From Eubacteriales bacterium (GTDB taxonomy: Bacteria; Bacillota; Clostridia; Oscillospirales; CAG-272), in NCBI GenBank assembly GCA_045602215.1, contig JAZSBE010000060.1, positions 536-64,535 of the forward strand: DNA of 64,000 nt, written 5' to 3'. Shown one piece after another: positions 9,837-18,376 of the stretch. Below the pieces are notes generated by a model. The model was not told the origin of the DNA and searched no databases. It saw nothing but the letters and a program-made list of their open reading frames with translations. The position numbers and the translations under genes are program-made. Numbering within the stretch: position 1 is the stretch's first letter; every line of letters starts with the position of its first letter.

Positions 9837-10316
9837 ATGGCAGAGAAGAAAAAAGAAGCACAAAAGATCGTAGCGCAGAACAAAAAGGCGTGGCACGATT
9901 ATTTTGTAGAGGAAAAGTATGAGGCGGGCGTGGCGCTTTGCGGCACCGAGATCAAGAGCATCCGTCGGGGAGCAGTGAACCTCAAGGATTCCTACTGTTC
10001 CTTTGACAAGGGCGAGATGTTTGCGACCGGCGTGCATATCAGTCCTTATGAGCAGGGAAACCGCTTCAATCACGAGCCTCTCAGAGACAAAAAGCTCTTG
10101 ATGCACAAGAGAGAGATCATGAAGCTTCAGGGACTCGTGCAGCAAAAGGGATATACGCTGATCCCCTTGTCGCTTTATTTTTCGGGAAGCTTTGTGAAAA
10201 TGGAGATTGGACTTTGCAGAGGTAAAAAGCTGTACGATAAGCGAGACGCCGATGCAGAGAGAGCGGCAAACCGAACTATGGATCGGCATATGAAGGACAG
10301 CCGATACGAGGAATAA
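9837..10316 (+). CDS. smpB: SsrA-binding protein SmpB
   Basis: KIVAQNKKAWHDYFVEEKYEAGVALCGTEIKSIR.G..NLKDSY is canonical SmpB. An in-frame GTG at 9831 is an alternative start. Confidence 0.93.
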   Translation: MAEKKKEAQKIVAQNKKAWHDYFVEEKYEAGVALCGTEIKSIRRGAVNLKDSYCSFDKGEMFATGVHISPYEQGNRFNHEPLRDKKLLMHKREIMKLQGLVQQKGYTLIPLSLYFSGSFVKMEIGLCRGKKLYDKRDADAERAANRTMDRHMKDSRYEE

Positions 10317-10356
10317 GGGACGGTCGAAATTTCCATATATTTGCGGTTGTTTTTTC

Positions 10357-10385
10357 TTGACAAAGAAGAGAAAATCGGATATAAT
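10357..10385 (+). promoter_or_regulatory. Candidate sigma-A promoter of ssrA
   Basis: TTGACA (10357-10362), 17-nt spacer, TATAAT (10380-10385), about 70 nt upstream of the mature tmRNA 5' end. Confidence 0.6.
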
Positions 10386-10456
10386 AGAAAAGCAAATCTG
10401 CGCGAGGAGACGCGTGGATTGCCATGCGACGGATTCCAAGCGATTCCGCCCCGAAT

Positions 10457-10848
10457 GGGGGTGCAATGGTTTCGACGGGGATTCTGAGGCAAGATAAGCG
10501 TGGCGAGCCGGGTAATCTCGAAAACTGCCTAAACTTAAAAAATAAACGACAACAATTACGTTGCTATGGCTGCCTAAGTTTTGCGCTTCGGCGTAAAACT
10601 TGGCGGTGCCGTGACCTGCGGGTCACCCGTTCCTCCGCGGAGGACTGCGACTGCGGACTGAACGTCATCTGAGCAGTGAACTTGCATCGGGGTTTCGCCC
10701 TTGAACCGATCAAGCACAAAAGGGCTACCGAGCGGTGGAGTGTGTCTGTTCACGCCTCCAATCGGGAAATCAAAATAACAGACTGTCCACGAAGAAAGTT
10801 TTGTCAAGGGGTTTTCGGACATGGGTTCGATTCCCATCATCTCCACCA
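10457..10848 (+). ncRNA. ssrA: tmRNA (transfer-messenger RNA)
   Basis: - 5' GGGGGTGCAATGGTTTCGACGGGG resembles the E. coli GGGGCUGAUUCUGGAUUCGACGGG.
- 5' GGGGGTG pairs with 3' CATCTCC before ACCA, including the G3:U pair.
- T-arm ATGGG-TTCGATT-CCCAT.
- The tag frame ends ..AAC GAC AAC AAT TAC GTT GCT ATG GCT GCC TAA (..NDNNYVAMAA*, stop at 10575-10577).
- It sits directly after smpB. Confidence 0.9.
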
Positions 10849-10895
10849 AAAGAGAATGGCTGGCACATCGTGCCAGCCATTCTCTTTTGGTGGAG
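10841..10895 (+). terminator. ssrA terminator, a 26-bp perfect inverted repeat that includes the tmRNA 3' end
   Basis: CTCCACCAAAAGAGAATGGCTGGCAC (10841-10866), loop ATC, GTGCCAGCCATTCTCTTTTGGTGGAG (10870-10895). A TTTT run lies inside the right arm. Confidence 0.7.
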
Positions 10896-10897
10896 CT

Positions 10898-11014
10898 AAT
10901 TCGCTACGCGAATTGAACCCCGCAAATTCGCAGAATTTGCCGAGGAACGCGCGTGATGAAGGGGGCTTAAGGTTTGATAAAATTAAGGCGCGCGTTTGGG
11001 TTCAGATTCCCATC
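10898..11014 (+). repeat. Structured repeat unit U1 (H0 + H1 + S2 + pseudo ssrA T-arm)
   Basis: - H0: aattcgc-tac-gcgaatt, 10898-10914.
- H1: gcaaattc-gca-gaatttgc, 10922-10940.
- S2: acgcgcg 10947-53 paired with cgcgcgt 10989-95, 35-nt loop.
- 5 nt, then tgggttcagattcccatc at 10997-11014. The genuine ssrA T-arm is tgggttcgattcccatc at 10822-10838. Confidence 0.65.
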
Positions 11015-11135
11015 CTGCGCAGATCGAACCCCGCGAATTTCAAAGCAACGCTTTGAAATTACGCCAGTGCGTGCGCTTAAATAGAAGCGAAAAAATTTGC
11101 AAAACAGGAGCGCACGCGTGGTTTCAGATTCCCCA
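11015..11135 (+). repeat. Structured repeat unit U2 (H1 + S2 + degenerate pseudo T-arm)
   Basis: - H1: aatttcaaagc-aac-gctttgaaatt, 11036-11060.
- S2: gcgtgcgc 11069-76 paired with gcgcacgc 11110-17, 33-nt loop.
- 5 nt, then ttcagattcccca at 11123-11135.
- It shares the gaaccccgcRaatt block with U1. Confidence 0.6.
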
Positions 11136-11136
11136 T

Positions 11137-11868
11137 TTATTGCTTTTTCATCTGTCTGAGGAACAGGAGCACCGCGATCGCAAGGGCGACGACGGCATAT
11201 CCGAGTACCCAGAAGAGGTGCGGGAATATTTCTCCGAAATTTCCTGAGAGCACTGCGCGCTCCAGCTCTACCGCGTGTACGAAGGGAAGGGCGTAGGCGA
11301 TCTTCTTGAACGTGCCGCCCACCAGCTCCAGATCAAACCACGTGCCCGACAGCCACGCCGAGAGGTTTGTCAGCAGCGCGCCGCAGATTCCTCCGACCTG
11401 CTTGTCATTTAAGATGCTTCCAAAGAGCAATCCAAGCGCGATGAAGAGAACCGAGATGGGAATGATAAAGAGAACTGCCAGCAGAACGTTGACCGTGATC
11501 TCAAGCCCGAGAATGAATGCCACCAGATAGCAAATGATACTCTGCGCCACCGCAAAGGGAACGATCGGCAGAGTGTAGCCAAGGATAAAATCGATCGGGC
11601 GGAGAGGCGTGGTGTAGAGTCTTTGAAGCAGCGAGCTGCCTCTGTCCTTTGAGATCAGGAATGCGGAAAAGAGAGTCATAAAGGAGAGCCCGAAGACCGT
11701 GATGCCGGGAGTCAGGTGCGCGATCTCAAAGAGGGGAACCGGCACGTTTGCCTGAATGGCGCTCAAAAGGAAAATCAAAACGAGAGGGAATCCAAGACCA
11801 AAGCATACCGTTAAGGGATCGCGAAGGATTTCCTTGGTGTTTCTGTTTGCAAACGTAAGCATTTTCAT
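11137..11868 (-). CDS. ABC-2 type transporter permease
   Basis: 243 aa with about 6 TM segments. Its start overlaps the stop of the upstream ABC ATPase gene. Confidence 0.85.
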   Translation of the reverse strand: MKMLTFANRNTKEILRDPLTVCFGLGFPLVLIFLLSAIQANVPVPLFEIAHLTPGITVFGLSFMTLFSAFLISKDRGSSLLQRLYTTPLRPIDFILGYTLPIVPFAVAQSIICYLVAFILGLEITVNVLLAVLFIIPISVLFIALGLLFGSILNDKQVGGICGALLTNLSAWLSGTWFDLELVGGTFKKIAYALPFVHAVELERAVLSGNFGEIFPHLFWVLGYAVVALAIAVLLFLRQMKKQ

Positions 11869-12593
11869 TGTGCTCCCCCCTTTACGATGCGGACGAACGC
11901 CTGTTCAAAGCTGTCCGTTTCTGCCAATCGCTTGATCTCTTCTGCAGTGTCGCATACGAGAAGCCTTCCGTCCTTCATGATGGCGATGCGGTCGGAGAGC
12001 GCCTCGGCCTCCTCCATATAATGCGTTGTTAAAATGATGGTAACCTTACCCTTCAGGGCGCGGATCATATCCCAAAGATCGCTCCGCGCGATGACGTCAA
12101 GTCCAAGCGTTGGCTCGTCAAGAAAGAGAATTTTCGGCTCGCTGATCAGCGCCATGGCGATGCTGAGCCTGCGTTGCCAGCCGCCCGACAGCTTTCCTGC
12201 CTTTCTGTCAAGCACGCTCTCCAAACCGAGCAGGGCCGTAAGCTCCTCGATTTTTTTGTTCCGTTTGTCCTTTGTAAAGCCGTGAACGCCGCACATCAGC
12301 TCAAGATTTTCTCGAGCAGAAAGCCCGGGAGCTACCGCAGTCTCCTGCGGAGATACGGCGATAAGAGCCTTGACGTCAGTGGTATCCTTGCAGATGCTTT
12401 TGCCAAGCAGAAGGGCGTCTCCGTTCGTTGGCGCGGTCAGGCAAGAAAGCATTTTGATGGTTGTGGTCTTTCCTGCGCCGTTGACCCCGAGAAGGGAAAA
12501 GAGCTCTCCCTCCTTGATTGACAGAGACAAATTGTCAACGGCGATCACGTCCTTGTAGTGCTTGGTCAGGGATTTGATTTCGATTGCGTTCAT
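11865..12593 (-). CDS. ABC transporter ATP-binding protein
   Basis: Walker A GVNGAGKTT, signature LSGGWQRRL, Walker B ILFLDEPT. Confidence 0.9.
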   Translation of the reverse strand: MNAIEIKSLTKHYKDVIAVDNLSLSIKEGELFSLLGVNGAGKTTTIKMLSCLTAPTNGDALLLGKSICKDTTDVKALIAVSPQETAVAPGLSARENLELMCGVHGFTKDKRNKKIEELTALLGLESVLDRKAGKLSGGWQRRLSIAMALISEPKILFLDEPTLGLDVIARSDLWDMIRALKGKVTIILTTHYMEEAEALSDRIAIMKDGRLLVCDTAEEIKRLAETDSFEQAFVRIVKGGAQ

Positions 12594-13162
12594 TGTTTTT
12601 CCTCCTTGGATAGATGCCTTGCGCGGATTCCTTGATAAACGTCGGTCAGCATATTGCTGATCAGATCCGAGTCAAGGGCTAAAAAGGACGTGGCAAGCAT
12701 GGTTCCGATGCCGTGCACACAGGTCCACGTTTCCAGATGCATAAGCATTGCCGTCTCTCTTGTGACTCCGTTTGCCTGCATGATCAGTTTGATTGATTCC
12801 TCAAAATCAGAGGACAACAGGGAAGTGTCCTCCTCGCTTCTGTCACGCATGAACAAAAGCTTGAACAGCTCCTTTTCATCCTTGGCAAAACGCACGTACG
12901 CCATTCCGAATGCCTTGTATTGCGGATATTTTCCGCTTTCCACCTCGCTTTTGATGAAGCTGAGGTAGTGATCGTAAGCAGCCAGAATGACCGTCTGTTG
13001 CAATTCCTCCATACCCTCAAAATTGGAAAAGATGGGTTGCGTGGAGCAATTCAGTTCTGCTGCGATCGTTCTGGCGTTGATGGCTTCCGTGCCGCTTTTT
13101 CGCACTAAATTTAATGTGGTATTAATAATGTCCTCTTTTGTGATTTTTACCTTTGGCGGCAT
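12590..13162 (-). CDS. TetR/AcrR-family transcriptional regulator
   Basis: 190 aa with an N-terminal TetR HTH (II.TTLNLVRKSG.EAINARTIAAELNCSTQPIFSNF). First gene of the TetR-ABC-permease operon. Confidence 0.9.
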   Translation of the reverse strand: MPPKVKITKEDIINTTLNLVRKSGTEAINARTIAAELNCSTQPIFSNFEGMEELQQTVILAAYDHYLSFIKSEVESGKYPQYKAFGMAYVRFAKDEKELFKLLFMRDRSEEDTSLLSSDFEESIKLIMQANGVTRETAMLMHLETWTCVHGIGTMLATSFLALDSDLISNMLTDVYQGIRARHLSKEEKQ

Positions 13163-13236
13163 ATTTAACCTCCATAATATATCAAGCGTTATATAACCAA
13201 TGATATCTTAACACAGAAAAATGAGTTTGTCAATAG

Positions 13237-13273
13237 AAAAATGCAGAAACATAAAAAATGTTTCTGCATTTTC
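13237..13273. terminator. Bidirectional hairpin terminator (3' of ruvB)
   Basis: atgcagaaacat (13241-52), loop aaaaa, atgtttctgcat (13258-69), flanked by an A-run and a T-run. It begins 4 nt after the ruvB stop. Confidence 0.6.
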
Positions 13274-13276
13274 TTT

Positions 13277-14341
13277 TTATTCTTCCCCAAACATCTTTAT
13301 CTGCTCGGAGGGGGTAGGCTTTGCCGCGTGGAAGGGGATTCCCAGATGCTCGTAGGCAAGACGGGTGACGCAACGGCCTCTGGGGGTGCGGCTGAGATAA
13401 CCAATCTGCATCAGATAGGGCTCGTAAACGTCCTCCAGCGTGATGGCTTCCTCGCCAACGGTCGCGGCAAGTGTTTCAAGACCGACGGGACCACCGTCGT
13501 AGAATTTGATGATGGTCTCCAGCATCCGTCTATCGGTGTTGTCCAGCCCTAACTGGTCGATCTCCAGCTTGGTCAGGGCAAAGTTTGCAATGTCGGAGTC
13601 GATTTTTCCGTCTCCCATAACCTGTGCGAAGTCACGCACGCGCTTGAGCAGACGGTTTGCAATACGGGGCGTACCGCGCGAACGGCTCGCGATCTCCATC
13701 GCACCGTCGTCCGAGATCTCCATACCAAGGATCCCTGCGCTGCGGCGCACGATCTCTGCCAGTTCCTCGGGCGTGTAAAGCTCCAGCTTCATCAGCACGC
13801 CAAAGCGATCGCGCAGAGGGGTGGTCATTTGTCCTGCACGCGTGGTCGCGCCGATCAAGGTGAATTTGGGCAGATCAATTCGAATACTGCGGGCAGACGG
13901 GCCTTTTCCGATGATGATATCCAGCGCGTAATCCTCCATTGCGGGGTAGAGGATCTCCTCCACCGAGCGGGAAAGACGGTGGATCTCGTCAATGAAGAGC
14001 ACGTCTCCCTCATTGAGGTTGGTCAGGATCGCCGCAAGATCTCCCTGCTTTTCAATGGCAGGGCCGGAGGTGATACGGATGTTCACGCCCATTTCATTGG
14101 CGATGATGTTGGAAAGGGTGGTCTTCCCAAGACCGGGAGGGCCGTAAAGCAGAACGTGATCCAAAGGATCGTTTCTACCCTTGGCGGCGTCTATATAAAC
14201 CTTCAGAATGTCCTTGACCTTCTCCTGTCCGATGTAATCCTCCAGACGTTTGGGCCGAAGCGTGACCTCGCTGTCGGCATCCTCTGCCGTGTAGGAGGTG
14301 TTCAGGATTCGGTTCTCAAAATCAAATTCATTGCTATCCAT
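13277..14341 (-). CDS. ruvB: Holliday junction branch migration helicase RuvB
   Basis: [16 protein letters not shown]...[13 protein letters not shown]...LFIDEIHRL is canonical RuvB. Confidence 0.97.
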   Translation of the reverse strand: MDSNEFDFENRILNTSYTAEDADSEVTLRPKRLEDYIGQEKVKDILKVYIDAAKGRNDPLDHVLLYGPPGLGKTTLSNIIANEMGVNIRITSGPAIEKQGDLAAILTNLNEGDVLFIDEIHRLSRSVEEILYPAMEDYALDIIIGKGPSARSIRIDLPKFTLIGATTRAGQMTTPLRDRFGVLMKLELYTPEELAEIVRRSAGILGMEISDDGAMEIASRSRGTPRIANRLLKRVRDFAQVMGDGKIDSDIANFALTKLEIDQLGLDNTDRRMLETIIKFYDGGPVGLETLAATVGEEAITLEDVYEPYLMQIGYLSRTPRGRCVTRLAYEHLGIPFHAAKPTPSEQIKMFGEE

Positions 14342-14367
14342 GGGGCATCAAACGCTCCTTTCTTTTA

Positions 14368-14994
14368 TCAGAATTTCATGAGCTTTTTCAGAGATACGCG
14401 AATGATCTCCTCAAGCTCGAGGGATGCAGTGTCCACGTCCTTCAGGACACTCATTGCCTCGGCGCGGGAATATCCCAAAACGACCAGTGCGTCGACCGCT
14501 TCGCTGAGCTTTCCGCGACCTTGCGGAGCGGCAACCGATGCGGTGGAATCGTCGATCTGGGGCAGTGCGCCTCCCGTTTCCTTCATCATCTTGTCCTTGA
14601 GCTCGAGAATGACACGAGCAGCCGTCTTCGGACCGATTCCGTTCGCTTTTGCAATGGTTTTGCGGTCATCGGTGCATACGGCAAGGGCAAATTTCTCGGG
14701 GGTGAGCAGGGAAAGGATGGAGATTGCCGCCTTGGGGCCGACGCCCGAAACCGAGATCAGCATCTTAAAGGAGGAAAGCTCCGCCTGCGTTGCAAATCCA
14801 AACAGCTCGATATCGTCCTCACGAACGGCAAGATAGGTGAAGAGCTTGACTGTGGGAGGATTGTCGTAGGAGCGCGGGGGCATTGCGTCATAGGTGGTTC
14901 CGCTGACGGTAAGCTTGTAGCCAATCCCTCCGACGTCAAGGACGGCGAGGTTGGATTCAAGATGCATCAATTTTCCGCTGATATAGTAAAACAT
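14368..14994 (-). CDS. ruvA: Holliday junction DNA-binding protein RuvA
   Basis: MFYYISGKL......LAVLDVGGIGYKL.VS and the HhH region LISVSGVGPK.A..IL. Confidence 0.93.
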   Translation of the reverse strand: MFYYISGKLMHLESNLAVLDVGGIGYKLTVSGTTYDAMPPRSYDNPPTVKLFTYLAVREDDIELFGFATQAELSSFKMLISVSGVGPKAAISILSLLTPEKFALAVCTDDRKTIAKANGIGPKTAARVILELKDKMMKETGGALPQIDDSTASVAAPQGRGKLSEAVDALVVLGYSRAEAMSVLKDVDTASLELEEIIRVSLKKLMKF

Positions 14995-15000
14995 ACGAGA

Positions 15001-17964
15001 TTATGCCTTCTTTCTTCGAAGTGATTTTTTCTTCTTTTGATCTCCCTCCGGTACGGAAACGACCGCGCGAAGGAAGGGCTTTTTCTTCATGATGGGCTCC
15101 AGTGTCACCAGTGCAAGATAAGTTGTCAAGAAGACGCCCGATATGATGCCGCCAACAAGGAGAACGTTGGGGCTGTACACGAGACTGACGTCGTGTGTTT
15201 CGCCCGCTTCTCCTTCAATGTAGAATGCGACCACAGATCCAAGCGCCTTGACAGGCTCAACCTCTTTGCCGTCTACCGTGATGCGCCAACCCTGATCGTA
15301 GGCGAGGGTGGTCATGACCAGCTCCTTCTCGCGTGATGCGGTGAAGGTTCCCGTGAAGGAATCCTCGGTGTAATCGGTCACGATCAGCTGATCCTCAGAA
15401 AGTCGAGCCATGACGTCCTCAAATACGTCTCTGTCAATGTAGTACAGGCTGGGCTCATCATAGAAATAGTAGAGCCCGTTTCCTTTTGTTTTAGTGCGGA
15501 GAGACAGTTTTGTGCCCTCCTGCTGTACGCCGAGAGAGATGATTCGGAGGGTCTCGTGTCCGCCAAAGCTTCCGTAGCTCTTGCCTTCCCGCGCACTCAT
15601 ATCATAAAGTGCCAAAGAGACCTCTCTGGGGTAGTTGGTGGGCATATAATAGTAGAGCTCGGCATTGGTGGGCATATCGAAGGAGTAGGTGAGGGTGCGG
15701 GTGATTCCGTCTCCGTCCTCAAAGGTATAGCAAATGTGCCCCTCGGCATAATAAGGATCATTCAGTCCTTCCGACGTAACGGAAACGTCCTGCACGGGAA
15801 CAAAGACCTGCACGGTCTCGGTTTCTCCCAACATCGCGGTCACGATCGCGTTCAGACGCTCGAAGGGAGAATGATAATCATCTGCGTATTCTGCGCGGCG
15901 AACCGTTTCGTCGATGCCGAGCAGTTGATTGAGCCATGCTTTTCCTTTTGAAATGGCATCGCCGATCTCATCTGCGTTCGGTTCGGTGTTTTCAGGCTTG
16001 GTAACGGTCGAATCTTCCTCTGTCTTCGGGAGGTATCCGAGGTTAAAGTTCAGCAAATCGTCGCTCACACCGTAGGCGATCGAAAGGGCATACGGATTGA
16101 GATATGCTTGATATTTGTCGGTGGATGCGTAGGGATCGTAATATTGATCCAACTCGTTAAAATACTGATCGGCAATGACGTATTTGATACCCAAAAGGGA
16201 GTCGCTCACGGGTGTTCCGCCAAGGTATTTTGACCAGTGTGACTCGGATGCGTATCCCATTTTTTGAAGGAACTTTACGGTTTCCTGATTGAGCGTGGAG
16301 GTCGAGCCGGACAGTCCGCGCATCTTGAGTGCCATATTGTCGTTGATCTTTCGGAACATGGTCTTTTCCATGCGGTAAAAGGAATCGTCGCTCTCCTGAA
16401 CCAGATCAACAATGGGGCGCACGTCTTTAAGATAGTTGTTGTAGGTGCTGTATTTGGTGTAGACCACGTCATTGTGGAGGGAATTCATATTGCAAAGACC
16501 GTTGACAAGCATTTCCGCGCAGACAACGACCGTCAGAAGAATACAAACTGCCGTTTTGCTCTTATATGCCTGGATCAAACCGAGGACACAGAGATACAAG
16601 AGGATCGTTAGGATCGAGAACCAGATGCAGGTCAGCTTGTTCGGCTGAACAAAGGCACCGTCATTGTAGCTCTGCAAATACAGACAGACCAAGCCGAGAA
16701 TTGCGCCAGCTCCAATCACAACGCGCAGACGGTAGGATTCAAATGCGATGAGCGCACGGCAGGCAAGCGTGCAAAGATAGAAGCAGAGCATGAAGCTGTA
16801 GCGGTAGTTGAGCCAGTTGGGCTGTTGGAATCCGTGCCAAAGAAGGTCAAGCACCGTGACAGAAAAGCTTGCAAGGAAAATTGCGATGAAGATTGCCGAG
16901 CAGATCTTCTGGCGAATGGAGAATTTTCTGGATATAAAATATGCAGGCAGTAAAAGCAGAGTCAGAACACCGCAATACACGAAGGGGTGTCCCTCGGGAC
17001 GAACGGTGTCGAATGAGCTGGGGAGGAATTTGTAGAGAAGATCCCGAATGCCGAGCGTAAAGCCCCAGTCCCAGCTTGGATCGGAAAAGGTGCTCTTTCC
17101 GAAATTCAGAGAGTAGTAGGCGCACAGGAGAATGACGGCGGAAATTCCGACGGCAAGTACGGAGTAGAACGCCATACGGAGGAGAGACTTCAAAAAGTGA
17201 AACCGCTCGCCGAATGGGTTGTTCTCCTGATCCTTTCCGTGACCGATATAGTACAGGAAAAAGTAGAAGAAGCAGTAGATACATACCATGTATCCGATAT
17301 AGAAGTTGCTGAAGAGTGTGATGGCAAGGAAAAGGGTATAGAGCTTGAATTTTCCGTGCTTGATCAGAGATTCAATTCCAAGCGTAATCAGGGGCAGCCA
17401 CATCATGGCGTCGATCCACATGGTGTTGTGCTGTTGGACGATTCCGTAGCTGCAGAGCGCGTAGCAAATCGAGAAAATGACGATTGCGTAGGGGCGGCGG
17501 TCGGTAGACGTTTTGTGCATATAATAGCCAAAGGTCAATCCGCAGAGCGCCGTTTTGATCAGAAAGAGAACCAAAAGTCCCTCAAGCATCCGCGCGGTCG
17601 GGAACAGGCATACAATGAAAGAAAGGGGACTGGAGAGATAGTAGGCGTACATGCCCATAAATTCTCCGCCCATGGCGCGGGCAAAGGAGTAGAGCAGGCT
17701 GGCGTCTCCTCTTGCAAAATTGCGAAGCGCCTCAAAAAACCATACGTACTGTCCGTTGAGGTCCAAGACCAGCACACTTCCGTCGCCAAACGGATGGATT
17801 CCGCGCAGAAAATACATCAGATAGCAGAGCAGTGCGGGAATCAACGCGCAAAGCGCAAGGTAGCCGTATTCTTCGAAAAAGCCTTTCTTTTGAGACCTTG
17901 AATATCCAAAATTTCCGAGTAACCCTTTTGGAGGGTTGAAAAGAGAATTGGAGCTTGACATCAA
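15001..17964 (-). CDS. YfhO-family polytopic membrane protein (glycosyltransferase-C-like)
   Basis: 987 aa. The N-terminal half has many TM helices and the YfhO-like start (HPFGDGSVLVLDLNGQYVWFFEAL..SLLYSF...GGEFMGMYAYYLSSP). A large extracytoplasmic domain and a terminal TM helix follow. Confidence 0.8.
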   Translation of the reverse strand: MMSSSNSLFNPPKGLLGNFGYSRSQKKGFFEEYGYLALCALIPALLCYLMYFLRGIHPFGDGSVLVLDLNGQYVWFFEALRNFARGDASLLYSFARAMGGEFMGMYAYYLSSPLSFIVCLFPTARMLEGLLVLFLIKTALCGLTFGYYMHKTSTDRRPYAIVIFSICYALCSYGIVQQHNTMWIDAMMWLPLITLGIESLIKHGKFKLYTLFLAITLFSNFYIGYMVCIYCFFYFFLYYIGHGKDQENNPFGERFHFLKSLLRMAFYSVLAVGISAVILLCAYYSLNFGKSTFSDPSWDWGFTLGIRDLLYKFLPSSFDTVRPEGHPFVYCGVLTLLLLPAYFISRKFSIRQKICSAIFIAIFLASFSVTVLDLLWHGFQQPNWLNYRYSFMLCFYLCTLACRALIAFESYRLRVVIGAGAILGLVCLYLQSYNDGAFVQPNKLTCIWFSILTILLYLCVLGLIQAYKSKTAVCILLTVVVCAEMLVNGLCNMNSLHNDVVYTKYSTYNNYLKDVRPIVDLVQESDDSFYRMEKTMFRKINDNMALKMRGLSGSTSTLNQETVKFLQKMGYASESHWSKYLGGTPVSDSLLGIKYVIADQYFNELDQYYDPYASTDKYQAYLNPYALSIAYGVSDDLLNFNLGYLPKTEEDSTVTKPENTEPNADEIGDAISKGKAWLNQLLGIDETVRRAEYADDYHSPFERLNAIVTAMLGETETVQVFVPVQDVSVTSEGLNDPYYAEGHICYTFEDGDGITRTLTYSFDMPTNAELYYYMPTNYPREVSLALYDMSAREGKSYGSFGGHETLRIISLGVQQEGTKLSLRTKTKGNGLYYFYDEPSLYYIDRDVFEDVMARLSEDQLIVTDYTEDSFTGTFTASREKELVMTTLAYDQGWRITVDGKEVEPVKALGSVVAFYIEGEAGETHDVSLVYSPNVLLVGGIISGVFLTTYLALVTLEPIMKKKPFLRAVVSVPEGDQKKKKSLRRKKA

Positions 17965-17974
17965 ATAAATCCTT

Positions 17975-18178
17975 TCAGTTCTGTGTGGTGGGGGAGAGCA
18001 TCTGCTTGATCGCTTTCTCCAGCTTGATTCGTTCCATGGTCATGTCTCTGCCGCAGGATTCGCAAATGATACGAACCTCCGATCCCACACGGACGATCCG
18101 AAAAACGTCTCCACCGCAGGGGTGCTTTTTCTTGAGCTTGATCCGATCGTTTGGTTGAAGCTTTATAATGGACGGCAT
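17975..18178 (-). CDS. DUF951-family small protein (YyzM-like)
   Basis: 67 aa. LKKKHPCGGDVFRIVRVGSEVRIICESCGRDMTM matches my memory of the DUF951 pattern (HPCG..W.I.R.GADI...C..C). Confidence 0.7.
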   Translation of the reverse strand: MPSIIKLQPNDRIKLKKKHPCGGDVFRIVRVGSEVRIICESCGRDMTMERIKLEKAIKQMLSPTTQN

Positions 18179-18313
18179 ATGTGTTTTCCCCTCCTTTTGG
18201 CGGTGTGAGCTACGTTTTTGTAATAATTATTTATATTATAACATAAAAAAGTCAGACTGTAAACTAAAAATGCTTTTTTTACTGCTTTTTTTCGAAAAAA
18301 AACGAAGAATGAT

Positions 18314-18342
18314 TTGACTTTCACAAGGAAAGGTGATATAAT
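18314..18342 (+). promoter_or_regulatory. Candidate sigma-A promoter of ruvC
   Basis: TTGACT (18314-19), 17-nt spacer, TATAAT (18337-42). Confidence 0.55.
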
Positions 18343-18376
18343 ATAGGATGGATTGCTATAGGAATGGATGGGATTT

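Noticed and set aside
10898-11135. Possibility that the repeats after ssrA form a CRISPR array.
   Set aside because: There are only two degenerate units of unequal length (about 117 and 121 nt). There is no short exact repeat with unique spacers, and no cas genes occur in the window.
10424-11247. ORFs 10424-10672, 10574-10849(-), 10676-11056 and 10996-11247 in the ORF track.
   Set aside because: They overlap the tmRNA gene, its terminator and the structured repeats. None has an RBS and none has protein-like composition.
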